From Sphingomonas sp. (GTDB taxonomy: Bacteria; Pseudomonadota; Alphaproteobacteria; Sphingomonadales; Sphingomonadaceae), in assembly GCA_043737475.1 (NCBI GenBank), contig JAYTAP010000080.1:3321-67320 (forward strand): 64,000 nucleotides of DNA. Reading direction: 5' to 3'. The notes under the pieces were generated by a model that did not search any database, was not told where the DNA came from, and was given only the letters and a program-made list of their open reading frames with translations. Each line of letters opens with the position of its first letter. Positions within the stretch are counted from its first letter, which is position 1. A program made the position numbers and the translations under genes. Positions 50,957 through 59,487 of this stretch are shown piece by piece.

Positions 50957-52164
50957 TGCGCGATCGCCAGGTCATTAAAGCCGAGAATGGCAGACATGAT
51001 CGCCGCGATAATTCCCGCGACGGCGGCGCCGAGGATGACCGTGATCAGCGGCGTCAGGATGGCAACAACGCGCGTCAGCCGAACCTTCACGTCGCGATCG
51101 AGGACATCGCCGAGTCGGCTGAGCATCATGCCAAGCTGCGACGATTCCTCGCCGGTGCGCACGAAGCCGATCGCAATATCGGGCATGATCCGGGCCGCAG
51201 CAAGCGGCGCTGCAAGTCCATCACCTTCACGGATGCCGTCGGCGATCTTCGACATCGCGGCGTTGATATGGCTATTGCGGATCGTGCGCTGCGCCAGTGT
51301 GACGGCCACGGGCAGCGAGACCTGCCCTTCGACAAGCGCACCGAGGGTGCGCGCAAACCGCGCCGTATCGAGACGCTGGACGAGGGCCCCGAGCTGCGGA
51401 ACGCGAAGAACGAACTGGTCAAGGCCCAAGCGCACGGCGGGTCGCATAAGCATGAAGCGCGCCGCAATGCCCGTGACGATCAACCCGAAAAACACGAGTA
51501 GGCCATTCGCGCGCAATGCGCTGCTTGCCCAGAGCACCCATTGCGACGCAGCGGGCAGCTGCGCGGCGTTCTTTCCCATCAGTGATTCGAATTGCGGCAC
51601 GACGACGAGAAGCATCAGCAAGATCACGCCGACAGCAATGACAAGCAGCGCGATCGGATAAATCAGCGACGTGATGACGAGCCGCCGAAGCTCGGCCGCA
51701 CGCTCGAGCATTTCGGCAAGGCGCGTCAAGGCATCGGGCAACGTGCCGCTTGCTTCGCCGGCTTCGGTCATGGCGACCGCCGTCGGACTGACGAGATCGG
51801 TTGCCTGCGCAAACGCGCCAGACAAAGGCTGCCCTTCGCGCACCGCGAGCAGCAGCGGGGCAAAGCGCTCGGCGAGTTTCTGGGGCTCGATATTGCCGAT
51901 TGCCAGCCCCAGCGCGCGGTCGAGCGGGAGTCCGGCTTTCAAAAGCACCGCAAGTTCGCCGATCAGGAGCGCGACGGCGGCATTCGCGGCACCGCTCGGC
52001 TGCGTCCTGCGTGTCTTTGCTGTCTCACGCACGGGCTGGACATCGACGAGTATACCACCCGTCGAACGGACCTGATCGACCGCCTGAGCCAGGTTATTGG
52101 CGGTGATCGATCCGCGCCGCGACGAACCATCCGGCATTATGGTTCGGTATTGAAATGCGGTCAC
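50953..52164 (-). CDS. gspF: T2SS platform protein GspF
   Basis: FQYR start after SD GAGGA; LLKAGLPLDRAL, GEASGTL, LIYP, GEESSQL, LTPLIT. Confidence 0.93.
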   Translation of the reverse strand: MTAFQYRTIMPDGSSRRGSITANNLAQAVDQVRSTGGILVDVQPVRETAKTRRTQPSGAANAAVALLIGELAVLLKAGLPLDRALGLAIGNIEPQKLAERFAPLLLAVREGQPLSGAFAQATDLVSPTAVAMTEAGEASGTLPDALTRLAEMLERAAELRRLVITSLIYPIALLVIAVGVILLMLLVVVPQFESLMGKNAAQLPAASQWVLWASSALRANGLLVFFGLIVTGIAARFMLMRPAVRLGLDQFVLRVPQLGALVQRLDTARFARTLGALVEGQVSLPVAVTLAQRTIRNSHINAAMSKIADGIREGDGLAAPLAAARIMPDIAIGFVRTGEESSQLGMMLSRLGDVLDRDVKVRLTRVVAILTPLITVILGAAVAGIIAAIMSAILGFNDLAIAQ

Positions 52165-52169
52165 GACCG

Positions 52170-53903
52170 TCAATCCTCGCTCACGACGCGGAGCACTTCC
52201 TCGACGGCGGTAACGCCTTCGACCGCGCGGCGCAGGCCGTCGTGGAGCAGCGAACGCATCGCCTTCCGGCCCGCCGCCGCTGCGATCGCGCGCGTGTCCT
52301 GCCGCGCAAGGATCAACGCCGCAATCTCTTGATCGACAATCAGAAGCTCGAAAATCGCCATGCGTCCGGCATAGCCGGTGTTGCTGCACTGCGGACAGCC
52401 GACCGGATGCCAGACATGCTCGGGCACAGCGATCCCCGCCTTCACAAATATTGGAACAAGCGCGTCCTCGGTCGGCCGTTCTTCGCGGCATGCCGGGCAC
52501 AAGCGGCGGACGAGCCGTTGCGCGACCACGGCAGTGAGGACCGAGCTCAGCAGCAACGGCTCGATCCCCATGTCGAGCAGGCGCGTTACTGCGCCGGGCG
52601 CCGTATTGGTGTGCAGCGTCGACAGGATCATGTGGCCGGTCAGCGCCGCCTGCACTGCAATCTCGGCGGTTTCGGTGTCGCGAATTTCGCCGACCATCAT
52701 GACGTCCGGATCCTGGCGCAGGAACGAGCGCAGCGCTGCGCCGAACGTGAAGCCGATGCCCGGATTGACTTGCGTCTGGACAACGCCTGGCAAGCGGTAC
52801 TCGATCGGGTCCTCGACCGTCAGTAATTTGCGCTGGCGCTGGTTGAGTTCGGCAAGTGCTGCGTAAAGTGTCGTCGTTTTGCCGCTGCCGGTCGGGCCGG
52901 TCACGAGGACAATACCATGGGGCGTGTGTATTGCGGTGCGCAGCTGCGCTGTGAGTGCGTCGGAGAATCCGAGTGTCGCAAAATCGAGCGCAAGCTTCGA
53001 GCGATCGAGGATGCGCATGACGACGCTTTCGCCGTGGATCGACGGCGCGGTCGCCACGCGCAGATCGATTTCATGTCCGCGCACCGCGAGGCGTAACCGC
53101 CCATCTTGCGGCAAGCGGCGTTCGGCGATGTTCAGCGCGGCCATGATTTTGATGCGAGAAACGATCGATGCGCGCATCGCGGCCGGAAGCGGTGGCATGT
53201 CGCGCAGAACGCCGTCAACGCGGAAGCGGATTGCCAAGCTGTCATCGGTCGGCTCGACATGAATGTCCGACGCGCGCGCGTCGGTCGCCATCGCAATCAT
53301 TCGATTGACCGCACGGATTACGGGCGCATCGCTGAGAAGGTCCTTCAAACGCTCGAGGTCTTCGCCTTCGACGTCGGGTTCGCTTTCGGCCTCGGGCACG
53401 TCACTGCGGTAAAGCCGGTCGATGGCCGCATCAATGTCGCTGCCGCGGCCGATGACGAACGCAATCGGTCTGTCGAACAGGAAGGCCATCGATTTTTCGA
53501 GGAATGGATCGAACGGGTTGACGACGGCGACCCGAGCGAACGCGCCGTCGAACGCGACCGGAACACAGCGATTGTCGCGCAGGAACGCAAGCGAGGGCTC
53601 GACCCCGCCGACTGCGGTGAGCGGATACTGATCCTGCGGACAAAACGGCAGGCCGGTGGCAGCAATAATTGCCTCGGCGAGGCACTGTTCGGTGATAAGA
53701 CCAAGCCGTGTGAGGACGGCGTCAAGGCGCTCGCCGCTGCCGTGTTGGACAACGAGGGCGCGCTTGAATGCTTCGTCGGTCAGGATTGCCCGCGCGCGGA
53801 ACAGCGCTTCAAGCGACGCATAATGTGCGCGCAACTCGGGTCCGGCGTTCAGGCCGTCACTGCTTTCATCGCGCGCTCGACCAAAGCCGTCGAAACTATC
53901 CAC
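52170..53903 (-). CDS. gspE: T2SS traffic ATPase GspE with N-terminal N1 domain
   Basis: ASDIHVEP, AERRLPQDGR, GPTGSGKTT, TVEDPIE, LRQDPDVMMVGEIRD, STLHTN, CPAC/CPQC. Confidence 0.97.
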   Translation of the reverse strand: MDSFDGFGRARDESSDGLNAGPELRAHYASLEALFRARAILTDEAFKRALVVQHGSGERLDAVLTRLGLITEQCLAEAIIAATGLPFCPQDQYPLTAVGGVEPSLAFLRDNRCVPVAFDGAFARVAVVNPFDPFLEKSMAFLFDRPIAFVIGRGSDIDAAIDRLYRSDVPEAESEPDVEGEDLERLKDLLSDAPVIRAVNRMIAMATDARASDIHVEPTDDSLAIRFRVDGVLRDMPPLPAAMRASIVSRIKIMAALNIAERRLPQDGRLRLAVRGHEIDLRVATAPSIHGESVVMRILDRSKLALDFATLGFSDALTAQLRTAIHTPHGIVLVTGPTGSGKTTTLYAALAELNQRQRKLLTVEDPIEYRLPGVVQTQVNPGIGFTFGAALRSFLRQDPDVMMVGEIRDTETAEIAVQAALTGHMILSTLHTNTAPGAVTRLLDMGIEPLLLSSVLTAVVAQRLVRRLCPACREERPTEDALVPIFVKAGIAVPEHVWHPVGCPQCSNTGYAGRMAIFELLIVDQEIAALILARQDTRAIAAAAGRKAMRSLLHDGLRRAVEGVTAVEEVLRVVSED

Positions 53904-54003
53904 TGATCAGTCCTTTATCGGCGACGGTGTATGGCAACGGGTCGAACTTTACAGTGGTCGTCGCGCGAAGCCAGCACGCCCGTCCTTCGATGCAAAACGA
54001 CGA

Positions 54004-54537
54004 TCATCGCGTACCGAGCGCATAGCTGCATGGACCCTGATAGACGGTTTTCAGGTTCATTGCGGCGACGTCTGTCGCGGTCGTCATGAATAGATTGGCC
54101 GTCCGCGTCGTTTCGTCGATTTGATTGATTACCATGAAATGGGCCAGCGGGCGCTTGATCGTCTGCGTCAGTTCGACACGTTCCGGCCATAAATCGACCA
54201 CGCGTTCAAAACCCGCCGGAACGCCGCGGCGCAGCCCGGAGGGATCGGAAAGCACCTGTGTCGTCGGGTTGGCCGCCGTCGTCGGATCGGCGGCGTCGGG
54301 TGCCGGTGCGCCGCGCGAAATTGCCGCCGGGACGAACACCGTAAAGTTGTGCGACCCCTCATATTTGATTTCGTCCATCCGCTGCTCTTTCGTTGGATCG
54401 AGATTGAGCGCGAGACCGAGTTTGCAGCGGAATGTTCGTGACGGGATCGTCATGCCCGCATCAGGCACCGCAGCCGTTCCACAACCAGCGATGCCAATTC
54501 CTAATGCCAAAATGATCGCCAAAATCTTAGATGACAT
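54004..54537 (-). CDS. Hypothetical lipoprotein heading the gsp operon
   Basis: MSSKILAIILALGIGIAGC lipobox; two further Cys; same strand as and upstream of gspE. Confidence 0.75.
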   Translation of the reverse strand: MSSKILAIILALGIGIAGCGTAAVPDAGMTIPSRTFRCKLGLALNLDPTKEQRMDEIKYEGSHNFTVFVPAAISRGAPAPDAADPTTAANPTTQVLSDPSGLRRGVPAGFERVVDLWPERVELTQTIKRPLAHFMVINQIDETTRTANLFMTTATDVAAMNLKTVYQGPCSYALGTR

Positions 54538-54752
54538 AAAAGTAACCAATGAGTCCCGATCGATTTTTGGCCGCTAAGGCACCTGTGTGACTCTGGCATG
54601 ACCAGCAACCGCCACCATCATGTCACCGTGACGTAAAGAGTCGCAAAAACTAAACAATTGGGATGCACATGTCGGCGTCTGGCAGTCGCGCACATCCAGA
54701 AACTCTCAGGGGCTCCGCACTTTAGATGCTTAATGTTTCTCGCCCCTCGGCC

Positions 54753-56474
54753 ATGCCTTCGTTGCGTGCCGTGCTCCCCATCGCACTGATGGTCGGTGGC
54801 GCTCCGGTGCTGGCGCAGCAGGGCGATGTCCCGGTTCCGGGAGCGTCTGCCGTTCCGCAACCCGTGGAACCGATGCCGGGAACGATCCCGCGGGAAATTT
54901 CCCCCAGCCCGCCCGTACAGCCCGCTGCTGTCGTTGCCCCTCAGTCTTTCCCGATTCGGGCGATCGATGTCGTCGGCGTTACGCAATTGACAGCAAGCGA
55001 CATCGAAAAAGCCATCTATCCGTTCGTCGGCCCCGACAAATCTTCGGCCGACGTGGAAAGCGCGCGCAAAGCCATCCAGGACGTTTATGCCGCGCGGGGT
55101 TACGAGGCGGTGATTGTCGAAACGCCGCCGCAGCTCGATACGGTCTTCGCGCAAGGCCTTGTCCAGCTTAAGGTCAACGAAGTCCCCGTGGGCACAATTA
55201 CGGTATCCAACGCCAAATTCCATTCGGAAAAAGCAGTGGTAAGGAGCCTTCCCTCGCTCGCGCCGGGCAAGCCGGTCGATTTCAAGGCGCTCCAGGCCGA
55301 CATCAACACGGCCAATCGTTATCCCGATCGCTCACTCACCCCGCGTTTCAAGGCGGGTGTCATTCCGGGCACGATCGACGCCGAAGTCAGAGTCCGCGAC
55401 CAGTTTCCGCTGCATGCCACGTTCGAGCTTAACAACGACAACAGCCCCAATACCAAGCCGCTGCGCCTTTCGGGCACGGCGCGCTACACCGATTTGTGGC
55501 GTGCGGGGCATACACTGACAACAGGCTTCGTTCTTTCGCCGCAACGCCAGCGCGACACTTCGGTTGTGTCGGCATCATATTCGGTGCCGTTATTCAACAC
55601 GCCATGGACGCTGGTCACTTATGGCTACAGATCGAACAGCGATGTTGCGGCGCTTGGGGGCACGAACGTGCTCGGCAACGGCTATCAGATCGGCGGCCGC
55701 GCAATCTACAGGCTGCCGACAACCAAGGCCTATCACGGGTTCAGCGTCGGGCTGGATTACAAGAATTTCAAACAGGACATCATCGTCAAGGGCACCTTGG
55801 TCAGCAAATCGCCGATCGAGTATGTCCCGCTCGTGCTCGGCTACAGCTTTTCGCAAGCGACTGAATCGGAGCAGCTCGAAGTCAACCTCAATAGCACGCT
55901 GGGTCTGCGGATCCTGAAGCGCGAGCGCTGCCGCAACCCGAACATCATCCAGGAATGCGATGTCATCGAGGGCTTTCGTGCCAAGGACGTCGATAGCATC
56001 GAGAATTTCGGGCACATCAATCTCGACCTGACCTACACCGCTGCATTCAAGGGTGACTGGGTCGCCTTGACGCGATTTTCCGGGCAATATGCCGACGCGC
56101 ATCTCGTCACCAACGAGCAATTTGCGCTTGGTGGTGTCTCGACTGTTCGCGGCTATTTCCAGTCGGAAATCGTCGGTGATAACGGCTTTGTCGGATCGGT
56201 CGAATTCCGAACGCCTTCGTTTGCGACATATCTGGGTTCGTTCGTCGACGAGTTGCGCTTTTTCAGTTTCGCGGAATCAGGGTTCACCCGGGTGATCAGC
56301 CCGCTGCTCGACCAGCGGGCCGAGTTCAAGATCGGCAGTGTCGGCGGCGGCGCGCGACTGAAGCTGTTCAACCGGGTGTCGGGCGAGATTGTCGTCGGCG
56401 TGCCGGTCGTTTCGACCACCAATGTGCGCAAGGGCGATCCGCGGATCACTTTCAGCGCCAAAAGCGAATTCTAG
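54753..56474 (+). CDS. TpsB (ShlB/FhaC/HecB family) transporter
   Basis: Signal peptide; POTRA (FPIRAIDVVG...YAARGY), LNNDNS, VRGY..SEIVGDNG (VRGY motif), C-terminal Phe. Alternative start 54726. Confidence 0.9.
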   Translation: MPSLRAVLPIALMVGGAPVLAQQGDVPVPGASAVPQPVEPMPGTIPREISPSPPVQPAAVVAPQSFPIRAIDVVGVTQLTASDIEKAIYPFVGPDKSSADVESARKAIQDVYAARGYEAVIVETPPQLDTVFAQGLVQLKVNEVPVGTITVSNAKFHSEKAVVRSLPSLAPGKPVDFKALQADINTANRYPDRSLTPRFKAGVIPGTIDAEVRVRDQFPLHATFELNNDNSPNTKPLRLSGTARYTDLWRAGHTLTTGFVLSPQRQRDTSVVSASYSVPLFNTPWTLVTYGYRSNSDVAALGGTNVLGNGYQIGGRAIYRLPTTKAYHGFSVGLDYKNFKQDIIVKGTLVSKSPIEYVPLVLGYSFSQATESEQLEVNLNSTLGLRILKRERCRNPNIIQECDVIEGFRAKDVDSIENFGHINLDLTYTAAFKGDWVALTRFSGQYADAHLVTNEQFALGGVSTVRGYFQSEIVGDNGFVGSVEFRTPSFATYLGSFVDELRFFSFAESGFTRVISPLLDQRAEFKIGSVGGGARLKLFNRVSGEIVVGVPVVSTTNVRKGDPRITFSAKSEF

Positions 56475-56501
56475 AATATGCGCATGATCAGGGGACAAGC
56501 C

Positions 56502-58262
56502 ATGACCAAGTTCTTCGTTTCACTGTTGCTATCGTTGATCGCGATAACGACCCCGGCGCATGCGTGGTGGAACGATGACTGGACCTATCGCAAGGCAGTG
56601 ACCGTCGACACGTCGCCGTCGGGCGTGAGCATGAGTGGCACGGTCGGGCGCACGGTCGTCCTGATAAGACTGACCGACGGCAACTTCTCCTTCGCTCAGG
56701 CAGCAAAAAACGGTGCCGACCTGCGCATTGTCGACAGCGACGACAAGACCCCCTTGCCCTATCATATCGAGAGCTATGCCGAAGGCATGGCGAGCGTCTG
56801 GGTCTCGCTTCCTGCACTCAACGGTGGTGAGAAAAAGCAGCTCTGGCTTTATTTCGGCAATGCAAATGCCCCCGTCGGCGACGATATGAAGGGCAGTTTC
56901 GACCCCGACTATCTCGCGGTTTATCACTTCAGTAGCGCGGCGGGGCAACCTGCCGGCGACGCGACAGCGAACGCCAACAATTCGGCAAGTCCGGTGGTCA
57001 GCGTCAACGACGCATCGGTGATCGGACGCGGGGCGCGTTTCCCCGGGCAGGGCGCACTGACGATCAGTGATTCGCCATCGCTGGCGATGCCTGCGGGTGC
57101 GCAATTCACATTCTCGACCTGGGTAAAGCCTGACCAGCTGGCGGGTGAGGCAGCACTTTTCGCACGTGGCCCGATGATCATCGGGATGAATAACGGCGCG
57201 CCGTTCGTGGCGCTCGGCGGCGCACGGACGCAAGCGGCGACTGCGCTCAAGCAGGGGCAGTGGAGTCATCTTGCGGCTGTCGCCGACGGCGAGACAGTCC
57301 GCCTTTATGTCAATGGCATCGAAGCCGCTGCCGCATCAGTCGCGCTGCCTGCCCTGACGGGTCCGATCAACATCGGTGGCGCAGAAGGTCGGCCCTTTAC
57401 GGGCGAAATGGACGAAGTGCGCCTGTCGAAGGTTGCGCGGCCCGCCAACATGCTGCTGGCAATGGCAAATGCCGAAGGCCCGGGCACGAAGTTGGTCGGC
57501 GTCGCCGAGAGTGCCGAGGAAGCGGGCGGCGACGGCGGCGTGCTTTGGTTCATCATCAGCAAAATCCATACCCTCGACATCGGTATCATCGCGCTTTGCA
57601 TGTTGCTGCTCGCGGGCGCGATCGGGGTGATGGTTTCCAAGATCACCTATCTGAACGCTGCCGATCGCGGCAACAAAGTGTTCATGAAGCGCTTTCGCGA
57701 GATGCATGAGGAGCTTGTACCGGTTGACCAGATCGCGGGCATCACACCGCAGGAAGTGACCTATATCAACAAGTCGCCGCTCGGTCGTCTTTACAAGGAA
57801 GGCATCGATGAACTGGCGATTCGTAAGCGCACGCATGGTGAACGGGCATTGTCGGGTGAGGCCGTCGAAGCGATGCGCGCTGCAGTCGATGCCGTTGCGG
57901 TGACCGAAAACCAGAAACTCGACAGCTTGATGGTCGTCCTGACGATCGCGATTTCGGGCGGGCCGTTCATCGGACTGCTCGGCACCGTTATCGGCGTGAT
58001 GAGCACATTTGGCGGCGTGGCGATGGCAGGCGACGTGAACGTCAACGCGATCGCACCGGGCATCGCGGCGGCGCTGCTCGCGACGATTGCCGGACTCGCC
58101 GCAGCTATCCCGGCGCTGTTTGGGTACAACTACTTGAATGGCCGGATCAGCAAGCTCGCCGACGACATGCGCGTGTTCGTAGACCGGCTGATCACGCGCC
58201 TTGCGGAGGTTCAGGCCGACGCCGCGCATACCCCGCCCCCCTTCAAGATAGCTGCAGAATAA
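56502..58262 (+). CDS. DUF2341-LamG-ExbB fusion protein
   Basis: Signal peptide; WWNDDWTYRK and DLRIVD..DKTPLPYHIE (DUF2341); STWVKP, WSHLA, LYVNG, GEMDEVRLS (LamG); GPFIGLLGTVIGVM...GIAAALLAT (ExbB). Confidence 0.9.
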   Translation: MTKFFVSLLLSLIAITTPAHAWWNDDWTYRKAVTVDTSPSGVSMSGTVGRTVVLIRLTDGNFSFAQAAKNGADLRIVDSDDKTPLPYHIESYAEGMASVWVSLPALNGGEKKQLWLYFGNANAPVGDDMKGSFDPDYLAVYHFSSAAGQPAGDATANANNSASPVVSVNDASVIGRGARFPGQGALTISDSPSLAMPAGAQFTFSTWVKPDQLAGEAALFARGPMIIGMNNGAPFVALGGARTQAATALKQGQWSHLAAVADGETVRLYVNGIEAAAASVALPALTGPINIGGAEGRPFTGEMDEVRLSKVARPANMLLAMANAEGPGTKLVGVAESAEEAGGDGGVLWFIISKIHTLDIGIIALCMLLLAGAIGVMVSKITYLNAADRGNKVFMKRFREMHEELVPVDQIAGITPQEVTYINKSPLGRLYKEGIDELAIRKRTHGERALSGEAVEAMRAAVDAVAVTENQKLDSLMVVLTIAISGGPFIGLLGTVIGVMSTFGGVAMAGDVNVNAIAPGIAAALLATIAGLAAAIPALFGYNYLNGRISKLADDMRVFVDRLITRLAEVQADAAHTPPPFKIAAE

Positions 58263-58287
58263 TGGCCAAGAACGAGGAGCGCATGAC

Positions 58288-58695
58288 ATGAAAGCCGGTG
58301 GTGGCCGCAAGGCCTATGACGACATCAACATCACGCCGATGCTCGATCTTGCCTATGTGTTGCTGGTCATCTTCATCCTGATGGCGACGGCAAGCGTCCA
58401 GGGCATCAAGGTCGATCTGCCCAAGGCGTCGGCTGCGCAGAGCCTGGTCCAGCCCAAGACAGTCGCGATTACGGTCAACAGCGAAGGGCAGATCTTCATG
58501 GATGCCTTTCCCGTGACGCTTCCCGAACTCGAAGCGCAACTTCGCAGCAAGAAGGCCTCGAACCCCGATCTGCCGATCGTGCTCAAGGGCGACCAGACGG
58601 CGCAATACGGCAAGATCACCGAAGTGCTTGACCTGTGCCGCCGTCTCGACCTGAGCAAGGTCGGGCTGGTCACCGGCAAGCCGACTGCGGCCTAG
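58288..58695 (+). CDS. exbD: ExbD of the secretion island
   Basis: DINITPMLDLAYVLLVIF, VDLPKA, IVLKGD. Confidence 0.92.
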   Translation: MKAGGGRKAYDDINITPMLDLAYVLLVIFILMATASVQGIKVDLPKASAAQSLVQPKTVAITVNSEGQIFMDAFPVTLPELEAQLRSKKASNPDLPIVLKGDQTAQYGKITEVLDLCRRLDLSKVGLVTGKPTAA

Positions 58696-58717
58696 CGCAA
58701 AGAGCGGGGACCGACAC

Positions 58718-59434
58718 GTGGCCGACCAAGCAGCCTTCAAGGCCCCGGGCGAAAGCGACGCAAAGCGCTGGGTAACCTATGTCATCGGCGGCTTGCTCAT
58801 CCTGGGGATCCTTTGGTTTGTTTATCGCCAGTTGACGGTGCCCGTGACGATCAAGGCAAAAGACGAGCGGACGATTACGGCCGCGCCTGATTTGCTGCCA
58901 CCGCCACCGCCACCGCCACCCCCGCCGCCGCCACCCGAGCCGCAGGAAAAGCCGCCCGAGCCAACCGAAACGCCGACGCCGTCGCCCGAGCCTGCCGCCA
59001 AGCCCGATACCCCTGCACCGATGCAGATGGATGCGGCACCCTCGGCCGGGAGTGACAGTTTCGGATTGTCGGCGGGCAAAGGCGGCGGGATGGGCGGCAC
59101 GGGCTCTGCCGGCACATGCCTCAAACCGCCCTGCGGCGGCGGTGGTGGCGGCGGGTTCAGCGATGCAATGTATCGCGGCAATCTGGGGCGCGAGCTTCAG
59201 GATCGCATTCTCGACAACGAGAAAGTCAACCGGCTCGCTTTCAAAGCCGTCTTTGCCATTTCGGTTGGCAGCGCAGGGCAAGTGACGAGTGCCGAACTGC
59301 TGAGCTCGACCGGCGACGCCAAACGTGACCAGATCTTGCTGGCGATCTTGAAAAGCACGCGTGGCCTCGAAGCACCACCGTCGCAAGTGAGATTTCCCCA
59401 GCGCGTGACCGTGACCGGTCGCCGATCCTTCTAA
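58718..59434 (+). CDS. Atypical TonB-like protein
   Basis: N-terminal TM, 13-Pro run, Gly-rich linker, C-terminal TonB_C-like domain (LLSSTGD..RD). Confidence 0.8.
   Translation: MADQAAFKAPGESDAKRWVTYVIGGLLILGILWFVYRQLTVPVTIKAKDERTITAAPDLLPPPPPPPPPPPPPEPQEKPPEPTETPTPSPEPAAKPDTPAPMQMDAAPSAGSDSFGLSAGKGGGMGGTGSAGTCLKPPCGGGGGGGFSDAMYRGNLGRELQDRILDNEKVNRLAFKAVFAISVGSAGQVTSAELLSSTGDAKRDQILLAILKSTRGLEAPPSQVRFPQRVTVTGRRSF
58898..58936 (+). repeat. Poly-proline codon tract
   Basis: cca ccg cca ccg cca ccg cca ccc ccg ccg ccg cca ccc = 13 consecutive Pro codons. Confidence 0.85.
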
Positions 59435-59487
59435 ATGCAAAGATGAACACAGGCGCCATGGCGCGGAAAAGCAAAGAGGAATTGATC

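Noticed and set aside
52165-52500. N-terminal extension of gspF
   Set aside because: Overlaps the gspE 3' end; an SD plus GTG at 52164 gives a normal GspF.
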